In this document: piece after piece, positions 25,828 through 35,890 of the stretch
Position numbering within the stretch: position 1 is the stretch's first letter
How the letters are laid out: each line of letters begins with the position of its first letter
Assembly: GCA_026388415.1 (NCBI GenBank)
Contig: JAPLJV010000015.1
Span: 45,344-109,343, forward strand
DNA from: Deltaproteobacteria bacterium
GTDB lineage: Bacteria; Desulfobacterota; Syntrophia; Syntrophales; JACQWR01
Length of the DNA: 64,000 nucleotides
Direction: 5' to 3'
The notes under the pieces: generated by a model
What the model saw: the letters and a program-made list of their open reading frames with translations, nothing else
Told to the model about the DNA's origin: nothing
The model's database searches: none
Translations under genes and position numbers: made by a program

Positions 25828-28800
25828 TCAAATCCTCCGGCAGCCGGGGCCGCTCAGGCTGCTGCGGCCGCCTGCCTCGGGAATGACCTGTATCTGGGCG
25901 CCGATACGTTCCTTCAGCGCCGCGACGTGAGAGATGACGCCGATCAACTTGCCGTCCTGACGTAGTCCCGCCAGGGTCTCAAGTGCCGTTTCCAGGGAGT
26001 CTTCATCGAGGGTGCCGAATCCTTCATCGAGAAAGAGGGAGTCAACCCGGACATTCCGGCTGGCCATCTGAGACAGGCCGAGGGCCAGGGCGAGACTCAC
26101 GATAAAACTCTCGCCGCCCGAGAGATTCTTCGTGGAACGGATCTCCCCGGCCTGATAATTGTCAATTACATTCAGTTCCAAGGGCTGCACGGCGTCACGG
26201 ATGAGGAGATAGCGATCCGTCATCTTCCGGAGCTGCCGGTTGGCATGCGCGGTCATCATCTCAAAGGTCAGCCCCTGGGCAAAATTCCGGAACTTCTTGC
26301 CGTCGGCAGAACCGATGAGTTGATGCAGGTTATCCCAGCGAAGGCATTCTTTTTTCTGGACGGCGATGTTCTTCAGGCGCTCCTCCTGGTTTTTCCTTTG
26401 CCTTTCATTGTCGGACAAGCCCTTGATGATGCCGCCAATATCCAGTCCGAGTTCTTTCAGAGCGGCGTCACCCCTGCCGATGTTTTCCTTCAGCGTCTCA
26501 GCGGATTGATCCGTCAAGTTTCTCTCCCGCTCCCCGGCAAGGGACTGCGACCTGTCCTGACGGCGGGCGTCAAGTTCCGTTTTTTCCTTGAGGAGGGCTT
26601 GTTCCTTTTCAGTGAGCAACTCCCGCTCTTCTTCACCCAAGCGTAATGACAGGTAGTCGGCCTCATCGGCAAATCCAGCCCCTTTGGTCCGCTCCCTCCA
26701 TTGCTGTTCCGCCTGCGCCAGTTCCTTGGCCCGCAGATCCGTTTTTACTTGCCCGGAAGCGATCTTCTCCTTCAAGGCGCTGATTTCTTTTTCAACTTGC
26801 CCATAGTCTTCGCGGGCCTTTTCCAAGGCATTGCCGGCCTTGTCCACCTCTTCCGCCAGCCGCCTCTCCTCCCCGTCGGCGTTCTTCTCTCCGAAAAGCT
26901 CCTGTCGGGAACCGCTCAGGGATTCATACTCCCCTTTTAGCCCGTCACGCTCTTTGCACCTTGCCGCCAGATCCTTCTCCAGACTGCCCAGCAGGGCCTG
27001 ATGCTTCTCAAGCGCGGCTTTCAGTTCATCGCTCTGTTTATCCCGATTGGTTTTTTCAGCCTCTTTTGCTAACCAGATATCTTTGCGCCCGGTCAGGTCT
27101 TTCAAGAGGGGGTCGAGGCTTTCCAACTGAATTTGGCTGATCCCGAAAAGTTCAACATCCGCCAGGACAGCGGCGCGGGCCTTTTCAGTCTCCTCCGCCA
27201 GCGCGTCGCTATCTTTTCCCAGCCGCTCATAATCGCGACCGGCCGTCGCCAGGTTGTGTCTGGCCTCCTGTAAAGCCTTCCCGGCATTGTCAAAGGTCTT
27301 TCTTGTTTTTTCCAGGGCTGTCTGCATCGCCTTTTCCTGTTTACCCTTCTTTTCGGCCAGCGTGACGATAGCTGTTGTTGCGGCAATTTTTGCCTGAACG
27401 CCGCTAATCTCTTCACGAACCTTTCCGGCACGTGCGGAGGCAGATTTAAAATCTGTCCCCCATGCTATGCCCAATCTCAATTGGGCGTCGGCGCACTGTT
27501 TTTCGTCAGCATCCAGCGCCGCCCGCTTTTCTGCCTGCTCTTTTTCAGTATGCCGGATTTCGGCTGCGGTCCGTACCCGGTCGGCTTCCAGCTTGTTGAG
27601 ACGATCCGACGTCTTTTTAAATTCAGCCTTTGTTTTCTTAAGCTCCGCCTCCGCCTCGCTCAAGACGGGAACATTCCCCCTGGCATAGGGATGCTCCGCC
27701 GCGCCGCACAACGGGCAGGGTTGGCCATCCTCCAGGCGTTTTCTTTCTTCCTCGAGGTCGCGGATACGGCTCAGGAGCGATACCTGCGTTTCCCGTGAGA
27801 CCATCTCCTTTTCCAGAAGAGTTTTTTGATCGGCGCCGGATTTGATCTCTCCCAAGATCCTGCTGCTACCGGTGTTTAATGCTTCCCGTCTCGTTTTCAG
27901 GCCGTTCAGGGCCGTGGCTGTCCGGTCCATCCGCTCATAAGTTTCGCCTGTCTGAACCAGAAGACGTTCGCGCTCCTTGAGCGTATCCGTCTCGTTACGC
28001 CACTGGCTGATGTCGCGTCCCTGCAGGATCAATTTGATGGCGTCCGTCAGGTCATTCGAATCATGCTGATTCTTTTCAAATGACTGACGAATTTTTTCAT
28101 GATCGGCCTCTCTTTTGGCGCACTCGGCATGGGTGGATTCTTTTTTCTCGGCCGCAGTGGAAAGCGTTTTCATCGCCTTTACACGCCTTGCCTCTGTATC
28201 ACGAAGCAAGGCAAATTCCCTCTCGATGACGCTGAGGTTGGTCATCAACGCGGCATCAACGGCGTGCTCGGCCTGGTATGCACGGATAGCTTCCAGAGCG
28301 GCATGAGCCTTCTTTTGTTCCTGTTCACCGCTTGTGACAGAGCTTCGGTAGCCTTCTCCCTGTTCCTCGATCTCCCCAATCGCCTTGTCCTTCTCTGCGA
28401 GCTGCTTCTTCTGCTCACCCAACCGGGCATCGAGGTCACGCACCTTTTTGATGACCTCTCCTTCCGACATCTGCCCGGCTCGCACTTTACTCAGCAGGGC
28501 CTCTGTGGTTTGTCTTACGGCAAGCGCCTCTGCACCGGCCTTCTCCTTTTCAGGCAAAGTTGCAACGGCGCTCTGTAGTTCCCTGATCTCACTTGTCTGC
28601 AAATCCCGTAAAGCCGTTACCCCCCTGTAATCGCCATCCAGACCGAGGGCCTTGCGGGATTTTTCCAGCCTTTGAGATTCCGGCGCAAAGGCCTGACAGC
28701 GCTGCTCAAAATCCTGCTGCTGCTTAGCCAGTTCACCCAGTTCTTTCTCCAAGGCAACCATACCCGCAAGCCAGGCCAGGGCCTTGCCCATTTCCTTAAC

Positions 28801-29514
28801 TTTCCCGGCAAGTTCCATTTCCTGTTGCTGTTTTTTTGTTAAACTGGCCCGCAAATCCCGTTCTTCATCTTCACCAAGTAACTGAATGCCTTGCAGTTCG
28901 GCCTGCAATATCTCCAGCCTGCTGTTCTCTCCGGTGCGACGCTCGTGAACTTTCATGGAGATCCGGCTGTAGATGTCGGTACCGGTAATCTGCTCCAGAA
29001 TGGGCGCCCGATCGTTGGGAGAAGACTGGAGAAAGACCGCGAAGCCCCCCTGAGCAAGCAGCATCGAACGGGTAAAGCGCTCGAAGTTCATGCCTGTAAC
29101 CTTCTCGATGAATTCACCAACCTGGTTGATTTTTGATTCCAGAACCCTATCGGAATCGGCGTCTGCTATTTCATGCCTGGCCTGCTGCAACTCGCCTTCT
29201 TGCCTTTTTCGGGCGCGGTGCTGACTCCAGTGGCAACGGTACCGGCCCTTACCGGTCTCGAAGGTCACCTCGGCGAAGCATTCCCCTGTCTGGCGCGACA
29301 TGATTTCATTGCTGCTTTTCGTGACCTTGTCCAGGCGGGGCGTGCTGCCGTAAAGCGCGAGGCAGACGGCATCCATGACGGTCGTTTTGCCCGCTCCCGT
29401 GGGGCCGGTGATGGCAAAGATGCCGTCCGATGCGTAGGCCGGGTGGGTAAAATCAACCTGCCATTCGCCTACAAGTGAATTCAGGTTCTTGAATCGAACG
29501 CCGAGGATCCTCAT
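25828..29514 (-). CDS. sbcC: SbcC/Rad50-family ATPase
   Basis: Walker A GPTGAGKTT, very long coiled coils, a central CPLCG zinc hook, and C-terminal LSGGESF and LFLDEGFGTLD. Confidence 0.92.
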   Translation of the reverse strand: MRILGVRFKNLNSLVGEWQVDFTHPAYASDGIFAITGPTGAGKTTVMDAVCLALYGSTPRLDKVTKSSNEIMSRQTGECFAEVTFETGKGRYRCHWSQHRARKRQEGELQQARHEIADADSDRVLESKINQVGEFIEKVTGMNFERFTRSMLLAQGGFAVFLQSSPNDRAPILEQITGTDIYSRISMKVHERRTGENSRLEILQAELQGIQLLGEDEERDLRASLTKKQQQEMELAGKVKEMGKALAWLAGMVALEKELGELAKQQQDFEQRCQAFAPESQRLEKSRKALGLDGDYRGVTALRDLQTSEIRELQSAVATLPEKEKAGAEALAVRQTTEALLSKVRAGQMSEGEVIKKVRDLDARLGEQKKQLAEKDKAIGEIEEQGEGYRSSVTSGEQEQKKAHAALEAIRAYQAEHAVDAALMTNLSVIEREFALLRDTEARRVKAMKTLSTAAEKKESTHAECAKREADHEKIRQSFEKNQHDSNDLTDAIKLILQGRDISQWRNETDTLKERERLLVQTGETYERMDRTATALNGLKTRREALNTGSSRILGEIKSGADQKTLLEKEMVSRETQVSLLSRIRDLEEERKRLEDGQPCPLCGAAEHPYARGNVPVLSEAEAELKKTKAEFKKTSDRLNKLEADRVRTAAEIRHTEKEQAEKRAALDADEKQCADAQLRLGIAWGTDFKSASARAGKVREEISGVQAKIAATTAIVTLAEKKGKQEKAMQTALEKTRKTFDNAGKALQEARHNLATAGRDYERLGKDSDALAEETEKARAAVLADVELFGISQIQLESLDPLLKDLTGRKDIWLAKEAEKTNRDKQSDELKAALEKHQALLGSLEKDLAARCKERDGLKGEYESLSGSRQELFGEKNADGEERRLAEEVDKAGNALEKAREDYGQVEKEISALKEKIASGQVKTDLRAKELAQAEQQWRERTKGAGFADEADYLSLRLGEEERELLTEKEQALLKEKTELDARRQDRSQSLAGERERNLTDQSAETLKENIGRGDAALKELGLDIGGIIKGLSDNERQRKNQEERLKNIAVQKKECLRWDNLHQLIGSADGKKFRNFAQGLTFEMMTAHANRQLRKMTDRYLLIRDAVQPLELNVIDNYQAGEIRSTKNLSGGESFIVSLALALGLSQMASRNVRVDSLFLDEGFGTLDEDSLETALETLAGLRQDGKLIGVISHVAALKERIGAQIQVIPEAGGRSSLSGPGCRRI

Positions 29515-29525
29515 TCCGCCTTCTC

Positions 29526-30755
29526 CTATTCAGCCATTGCGTCCGCTTCGTTCAGGGATACGATTATTTCACTATAGGCGCTCAACAGCGCCGGGCGCTG
29601 ATCATCGGGGATTTCATGCGCTGCGAGGCAGCGCTGGAACACGTCTGCCGGGTCGAGGTCATCGAGTGTTTCATCTGTATCCATGCTGCTCATGGCGTGT
29701 TCCAGCGCCCGGTTGTTCTTGACGCGCAGAATCGAAAGGCCGCTCCCTGCAACGGCCTCATCCAGGCGCGTGCTCAAATCGCCAGCAATCTCGTCTCCTT
29801 CATAGATGATCTCCAGCCAGGCACTGCTTCCTCGGGACTTCAGCCTGTCAATGTCCCGGGCAATAATTGTCCAATTTCCCCGCAAGGTTTTCAACTCCTG
29901 GAAACAGGGCACGGGAATATTGGCAACTCTGGGCGCCGGGACCGAGAAATCAACGATAATCACGCTTTTTTCCTGCGCAGCTTCCCCAAAGCCGATCGGC
30001 AGAGGCGAACCGGAATAGCGGATGAAATCCGAACCGCCCACCGTCTGAGCAATATGGAGATGCCCCAAGGCAAGGTAGTCAATACAATCAGGGAATACAT
30101 CCGTTCCAACGTGCAGAAGGGAGCCGATATACAACTCACGCACCCCGTCGCCGTCGGCGGTCTGGCCGCCTTCGGTGAACAGATGTCCCATAGCAACGAT
30201 GGGCACAGGCTGTTTCAGACCGGCAAGTTTCCCTTGGGCCGCGTCGTACACCAGCCGGTAATGAGTTCTGATTCCCTCTATTATCTTCCGCTCCTTGTCC
30301 TCGACACTCTCCCCCACTTCGGCGGTACGGATGTCACGGTCCCGGAGGTAGGGGATGGCGCAGACGATCAGCCGTGGTTCGTCATCCGGCCCGGCAATCA
30401 TGATCACTTCATTTTCAGGAGATTCGGACGCACATCCCACAACATGGATGTTGATAAATTTCAGGAGTTCCCGGGGGGCGTTCAAAAAAGAGGCCGAATC
30501 ATGATTCCCTGCCGTAACCACCACGTGGCGGTTTGGCGAGGCCGCCAAGCGGTAAAGGAACCGGTAATACAGTTCCTGGGCATGGTTGCTGGGCGTGCTG
30601 TTGTCAAACACATCCCCCGCCACAAGCAGCACCGTGATGTCTTCACGCTCGATGAGCGCCGCCAGCCAGCTCAGAAAGGCTTCGAATTCTTCGTATCGCT
30701 TGCGACCATACAGGGCGCGGCCAAGATGCCAGTCGGAGGTGTGGAGAATCTTCAT
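29526..30755 (-). CDS. sbcD: SbcD/Mre11-family nuclease
   Basis: Metallophosphoesterase motifs DWHLG, GDVFD, GNHD and GHLH. Directly upstream of sbcC. Confidence 0.92.
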   Translation of the reverse strand: MKILHTSDWHLGRALYGRKRYEEFEAFLSWLAALIEREDITVLLVAGDVFDNSTPSNHAQELYYRFLYRLAASPNRHVVVTAGNHDSASFLNAPRELLKFINIHVVGCASESPENEVIMIAGPDDEPRLIVCAIPYLRDRDIRTAEVGESVEDKERKIIEGIRTHYRLVYDAAQGKLAGLKQPVPIVAMGHLFTEGGQTADGDGVRELYIGSLLHVGTDVFPDCIDYLALGHLHIAQTVGGSDFIRYSGSPLPIGFGEAAQEKSVIIVDFSVPAPRVANIPVPCFQELKTLRGNWTIIARDIDRLKSRGSSAWLEIIYEGDEIAGDLSTRLDEAVAGSGLSILRVKNNRALEHAMSSMDTDETLDDLDPADVFQRCLAAHEIPDDQRPALLSAYSEIIVSLNEADAMAE

Positions 30756-30954
30756 GTCATCCCATTTCTGGAGAGGGATTATTAATTACTGTGTGCGCCG
30801 GAGAAAGGCGTTTTCCTTCCCGCTCATGGACTCTATGACAATCCTTATGACAGCGGTCTTCTTGATGTTCTGGTCTTTCCTAGGGGAGATAGCATAACTG
30901 GAGGGCACATATCTCTGCACCATTTTTTTCGGGATTATTCCCTTTTCAATCTTT

Positions 30955-32352
30955 TCATGAAATGGCGCGCCAGAAGAGATCCATAATGCCGAATGGCATC
31001 AACCCCAGATAGAGGATGAGGACATTAAATACATAACAAAGCGCCTTTTGATGAAAAACCAGCTCTATGGCGCCCTGCCCTTCCTCCGCGTCGCGGGAAT
31101 AACTCATCCGTACCAGGTTCAGGTAATAAAACATGGAGATTACCGCATTGACGGCGCCGACGAGGACGATGCTAAGATAGCCGGCCCGGAAGGCGCTGAC
31201 GAAAAGGAAAAGTTTGCCCGTAAAGCCGCCGCTGGGCGGGATGCCGGCGAGCGAGAAGGCCGCCACCGCCAAGGTAAAGGCCAGCAGGGGTGATCTCTTG
31301 GCCAGGCCGGTCAAATCTCCTACGGAAACATTGCTCCCGTTGCGGGAAAGAAGGATAATCACGTAGAAACAGGCCAGATTCATGAAAAGATAGACCGTCA
31401 TATAATAGATGGCCGCCGCGCCGCCATCCGCGCTCAGCGGGATAATGCCCATCATCAGGTAGCCGGCGTGGGCAATACCCGAATAGGCCAGCAAGCGCTT
31501 TATGTCCTTCTGGACCAGACCGACGAGATTGCCCAGCGTCATGGAAAATGCCGCCAGCAGCAGCAGGAACAGGGCCAATTCGGAAGGAACGTTGGAGGCC
31601 AGCATGGTAAGCCTGATCAGTAGAGCCGTGGCCGCGATCTTGGGCACGGTCGCAATAAAGGCGGTGGTCACGTTGGAGGCGCCTTCATAGATATCGGGCG
31701 CCCAGAAATGCAACGGGAACAGTGAAAGCTTGAAGAAGAAAGCAATCAAGGTCAAGGCCAAGGCCAGGATTCCCATGGGCTGGGTAAGAAATTGGGGTAA
31801 TCTGGCCATGATGTCGGACAGATAAGTGGAGTGGGCCAAGCCGTAAATATAGCCCATGCCGTAGAGCATGATGCCGGTAGCAATCGCGCCGAAGAAAAGG
31901 TATTTCACGGCCGCCTCGAGATGGAGCCGCGAGTGGGCTTTCCGTAAAGGAACAATGACGTAGAGGCTGAATGACGAAATCTCCAGACTGATAACGATGG
32001 AAATGAGCTCCACCGAACTTACCAGCATCAGCAGGCCCAGGGTGGAAAATCCCAGAAACATGAAGAATTCAGGTAGAAAATCATCTTCTATGTCGTCATT
32101 TTTTTCCAGCATGAAAACGACGAGGCAGAGGCCCGTAACCAGCAGACACTTGAATACCTGGGAAAATAAATCCACCCGGTAGGCGCCGGAGAAAAACTCT
32201 CCGCTGGCGCCCGCACTGAGAAAGGTTACGACCAGACCGATCAGGGCCAGCAGCCGTGCCAGGGGAAAAATGGATGCCTTTTTCTCACATAACGAAAGGA
32301 GAAGGAAAAATACTGAAAACATCAACATGAAAAGCTCGGGAAAAAGCATCAT
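30955..32352 (-). CDS. nuoN: Complex I subunit N (antiporter-like)
   Basis: 465 aa, about 14 TM helices, last gene of the nuo array. Confidence 0.85.
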   Translation of the reverse strand: MMLFPELFMLMFSVFFLLLSLCEKKASIFPLARLLALIGLVVTFLSAGASGEFFSGAYRVDLFSQVFKCLLVTGLCLVVFMLEKNDDIEDDFLPEFFMFLGFSTLGLLMLVSSVELISIVISLEISSFSLYVIVPLRKAHSRLHLEAAVKYLFFGAIATGIMLYGMGYIYGLAHSTYLSDIMARLPQFLTQPMGILALALTLIAFFFKLSLFPLHFWAPDIYEGASNVTTAFIATVPKIAATALLIRLTMLASNVPSELALFLLLLAAFSMTLGNLVGLVQKDIKRLLAYSGIAHAGYLMMGIIPLSADGGAAAIYYMTVYLFMNLACFYVIILLSRNGSNVSVGDLTGLAKRSPLLAFTLAVAAFSLAGIPPSGGFTGKLFLFVSAFRAGYLSIVLVGAVNAVISMFYYLNLVRMSYSRDAEEGQGAIELVFHQKALCYVFNVLILYLGLMPFGIMDLFWRAIS

Positions 32353-32364
32353 ACCGTCAACCCC

Positions 32365-33849
32365 TTAATGGGATAAATTTGTTAGTTGCATCTGCAAGTT
32401 CGTCAGAGTGGCTTGCATAACGCTGACGAAGGGCCGCGGGAAAAGCCCCACCCAGAAGACGAACACACCCAGCGGCGCCAGATAAATGATTTCTCTTACA
32501 TTCATATCTTTGATGTCGCGCTTGTCTTCCCGGCCCCAGACGATCTGTTTCAGCAGCCTCAACATGTAGGCAGCCGCCAGGACGGCCCCGATAACGGCGC
32601 CGAAACCGGCCAGCTTATGCTGGAAAAAGGCACCGATCAGGACATAGAGCTCGCCCACAAAACTGTTCGTCCCGGGGAAAGCAAAGGATGAAAGGGCAAA
32701 AAGACCGAAGAATGTTACATAGAGAGGCGCAATCTTGCCGAGACCGGCGTTGTCGTATATCTGGCGGCTGTGGGTACGTTCGTAAACAATCCCGACCATG
32801 AGAAAGAGGCCGCCCGTGGTAATGCCGTGGTTCAACATCTGGAGCATCGCCCCGGCCAGACCATAGAGCGTGAAGGTAAAGATGCCCAGCGTGACAAAGC
32901 CCATGTGCGCCACGCTGGAATAAGCGATCAGCTTCTTCATGTCCGTCTGGCTCAGGCAAACAAAACCTCCATAGATAATACCGATCACGGAAAGAGCAAT
33001 CATGAACGGGGCAAAGTAAGCGCTGGCCTGCGGCGCTATGGGCAGACAAAACCTCAGGAAGCCATAGGTGCCCATCTTCAAAAGGATGCTCGCCAGAAAG
33101 ACGCTGCCCGCCGTCGGCGCTTCCGTGTGGGCGGCCGGCAACCAGGTATGGAACGGGAACATGGGTACCTTGATGGCAAAGGCAATGGCAAAAGCCATAA
33201 AGACCCAGATCTGAAATTGGAAGCTGTAGCCCCTGAACATCGCCTCGGGAATACTGAACGTGCCGTTCGTGATAGCAAGGGCGATAATCGCCACCAGGAG
33301 GAACACGCTGCCGAAGAGGGTGTAGATGAAAAACTTGATCGAGGCGTAATCTTTCTGCGGCCCTCCCCAAATCGCAATGAGCAGGTACATGGGGATGAGC
33401 ATGGCCTCCCAGAAGATGTAGAAAAGGATGAAGTCCAAGGAACAGAAGACGCCGATCATGGCCGTTTCCATGAGCAGGATACAGATCATGAACTCCTTGA
33501 CCCGCTTTTCAATGGCTTTCCAGGAACATAGTACACAGATGGGCGCAATCAGGGCGGTTAGCACAATCAGCATAATCGTAATCCCGTCCACCCCCAGCGC
33601 ATACGCTATACTATAAGATGGTATCCAGGGCCGATATTCGCCAAACTGGAAAAGAGGGGTCTGGAGATTAAAGTTGCCCAAAAGTACGAGCGATATGACC
33701 AGGGTTGCCAGCGTCGCCGTCAAGGCCAACATCTTGATCAGCGCTTCATTCCTCATGAACAGGATAACGAGCGCCCCCACCAGGGGCATAAAGATGACAA
33801 TGGAAAGGATGGGAAATCCCAGGGGATTTATAGTAAAATATGACGGCAT
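32365..33849 (-). CDS. nuoM: Complex I subunit M (antiporter-like)
   Basis: 494 aa with NuoM-type motifs (FYIFWEAMLIPMY; KVPMFPFHTWLPAAHTEAP). Confidence 0.88.
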   Translation of the reverse strand: MPSYFTINPLGFPILSIVIFMPLVGALVILFMRNEALIKMLALTATLATLVISLVLLGNFNLQTPLFQFGEYRPWIPSYSIAYALGVDGITIMLIVLTALIAPICVLCSWKAIEKRVKEFMICILLMETAMIGVFCSLDFILFYIFWEAMLIPMYLLIAIWGGPQKDYASIKFFIYTLFGSVFLLVAIIALAITNGTFSIPEAMFRGYSFQFQIWVFMAFAIAFAIKVPMFPFHTWLPAAHTEAPTAGSVFLASILLKMGTYGFLRFCLPIAPQASAYFAPFMIALSVIGIIYGGFVCLSQTDMKKLIAYSSVAHMGFVTLGIFTFTLYGLAGAMLQMLNHGITTGGLFLMVGIVYERTHSRQIYDNAGLGKIAPLYVTFFGLFALSSFAFPGTNSFVGELYVLIGAFFQHKLAGFGAVIGAVLAAAYMLRLLKQIVWGREDKRDIKDMNVREIIYLAPLGVFVFWVGLFPRPFVSVMQATLTNLQMQLTNLSH

Positions 33850-33885
33850 GTTTGTTATTCCTTTAAACCTTCATATACGCGCAAG

Positions 33886-35646
33886 TTACAAAACAAACCA
33901 AAGAATCGCAAAAAACAAAAAGAGCGACAGGCCGACGTAACTCTGTATCCGGCCTGTCTGGAGCTTTTTGGCGACGGCGCCAAAACCCATAACGGAATGA
34001 GCCGTGCCGTCCACAATGCCGTCAATTACCTTCCGGTCGAAACCGTAGGAAAGCTCGGCATTTTTAAATAACGCCGTGAGACCCAGGGTGCGGTACAGTT
34101 CGCCCCAGAATGCATCTATTGGGCAAATGACCTTTTCGTCGAGTTTCATGAATAATAACGAACCCTTGCGGTAGAAATAATCAACATCGAGATTCAGCTT
34201 TGCCTCGGGGGTAAGTTTTTTCAGCATCAGCCAGAAGACGAGCCCCGTAAAGGCAAGTATCTGCAGCATTTCCGACAGATGGTGAATATTATAGGGATGG
34301 TATTCTACCGGGAACGGCAAGAGCACATACAGGCAATCGGGATAGACGCCGATAATGAAACAGGCCAGGGCCGTCAACCCCATCGCCCACAGCATGTTTC
34401 GGGGTGGCTCCTTAGCGGCGGCGAGGTTCGGCTCCGACTCCTTGCCGAAGAAGGCAAAGTAGGTGACCTTCAAACCCACGGAGAGGAAGGTACCAATCCC
34501 GGCCAGGTTCATAAGACACATGAGCCAGAGCTGGCCTTTTTCGTGGGCCGCCGCTACAATCATGGATTTACTGACAAAACCGCTGAAAAGCGGAAATCCG
34601 GAAATGGAAATGGCGCCGACCACGTAAAAAATCATCGTTAAAGGCATGTATTTGTAGAGGCCTCCCAGGCGGTTGAGCTTGGCCGTGCCGGTTGCGTAAA
34701 GCACCGCTCCGGCGCCCATAAAGAGCAGGGCCTTGTAAAGGATATGGGCAAAAGCATGGGCGGTGGCGCCATTGAGCGCCAGATGCGAGCCGATTCCCAC
34801 CCCGGCCACCATGTAGCCGACCTGGCTGATAATGTGATAGGCCAGCACGCGGCGGATGTCGTTTTCAATCACCGCATAACAAACCCCAAAGACCGTCATC
34901 GCCGTGCCCAGTATGGCAAGGATCTCGAAGCCCGCAAAGCCCCTGGCCAAGACGTAAACCGCCGTTTTCGTGGTGAAGGCGCATAAAAAGACGGCTCCTT
35001 CGATAGTGGCCTCGGGGTAGGCATCGGGCAGCCAGGCGTGCAGCGGCAGCACCGCCGCGTTCAGCGCAAAGCCGGCCAGAATAAGGTATTGCGGCCAGGA
35101 GGCGTTTACGGGCAGGATGCCGTTAAAGGCCATGCTCCCGGTCTGGTAATAATTCAGCAGCAGGCCACTGAAGAGCAAAAGCCCACCGAAGATATGGAAC
35201 AACAGATAACGGAAACCGGCCTCAAGGGACTTTTGGTCTTTGCGATACCAGATGAGAAATACGGACGAAAAGGCCATGATCTCCCAGAAGATGAACAGGG
35301 TCAGGTAATCACCCGCAAAGACCGATCCGAGAGCGCCGCCAACGTAGCAGAAACCGGCGATATGATGGCCGTCTTCTTCCCTTTTCAGGGCATAGAGGGC
35401 GCCCAGGAAAGACATAATGACAAAGACCCAGGCAAACACCATGCTGAGCCGGTCCACCCGCCCGAAGAGACAGAGGATATTGAGAAAGCGGTATTCCCCG
35501 TAATTTCCGTACTGGGTCAGGGCGACGGAAATAATCGCGAGAATCGGGATAAGCAGGATAAATCCCTTCTTCGCCTTCCCCCGGAAGAGGGGTAAAAGCA
35601 GACTGCCCAGGAAAAAAAACAGCGCCGGATGCACCCACCTATCCAT
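33886..35646 (-). CDS. nuoL: NuoL-like antiporter subunit: MrpD-type core plus a C-terminal lateral amphipathic helix and terminal TM
   Basis: 586 aa. The core carries GRVDRLSMVFA and FIFWEIMAF. The C-terminus DVDYFYRKG...FDRKVIDGIVDGTAHSV...KKLQTGRIQSYVGLSLFLFFAILWFVL resembles the NuoL helix-HL/TM16 region. Confidence 0.75.
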   Translation of the reverse strand: MDRWVHPALFFFLGSLLLPLFRGKAKKGFILLIPILAIISVALTQYGNYGEYRFLNILCLFGRVDRLSMVFAWVFVIMSFLGALYALKREEDGHHIAGFCYVGGALGSVFAGDYLTLFIFWEIMAFSSVFLIWYRKDQKSLEAGFRYLLFHIFGGLLLFSGLLLNYYQTGSMAFNGILPVNASWPQYLILAGFALNAAVLPLHAWLPDAYPEATIEGAVFLCAFTTKTAVYVLARGFAGFEILAILGTAMTVFGVCYAVIENDIRRVLAYHIISQVGYMVAGVGIGSHLALNGATAHAFAHILYKALLFMGAGAVLYATGTAKLNRLGGLYKYMPLTMIFYVVGAISISGFPLFSGFVSKSMIVAAAHEKGQLWLMCLMNLAGIGTFLSVGLKVTYFAFFGKESEPNLAAAKEPPRNMLWAMGLTALACFIIGVYPDCLYVLLPFPVEYHPYNIHHLSEMLQILAFTGLVFWLMLKKLTPEAKLNLDVDYFYRKGSLLFMKLDEKVICPIDAFWGELYRTLGLTALFKNAELSYGFDRKVIDGIVDGTAHSVMGFGAVAKKLQTGRIQSYVGLSLFLFFAILWFVL

Positions 35647-35887
35647 AATAATCCTCGTCTTTGGCCAGAAACAGATGCGCGATGCCCTTGCTTACCTTAA
35701 TGAGCAGAAAGCAGCCCACCAAGGCAAAAAAAGTCCAGAAGGCATAAATCTTGTCCACAAAATAATGGGAATTTTCCCGGGGGATAAAAATGTCCAAAAC
35801 CACCAGCAGGACGAGGCCGATAAAAAATACCGTTTTCAGCCCGGCGGCATTCTTTTTGATATACTCTATCGTATGAACAATATTCAT
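35639..35887 (-). CDS. 82-aa two-TM membrane protein embedded in the nuo operon
   Basis: Two hydrophobic helices (VFFIGLVLLVVLDIFI; FWTFFALVGCFLLIKV). It overlaps the downstream gene by 8 nt and starts 3 nt after the upstream gene. Confidence 0.6.
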   Translation of the reverse strand: MNIVHTIEYIKKNAAGLKTVFFIGLVLLVVLDIFIPRENSHYFVDKIYAFWTFFALVGCFLLIKVSKGIAHLFLAKDEDYYG

Positions 35888-35890
35888 GGT

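Noticed and set aside
25828-30755. sbcCD as part of a defence or novel nuclease system
   Set aside because: This is a canonical two-gene SbcD-SbcC pair carrying all standard motifs. It has no associated helicase, methylase or sensor genes and is flanked by core metabolism genes.
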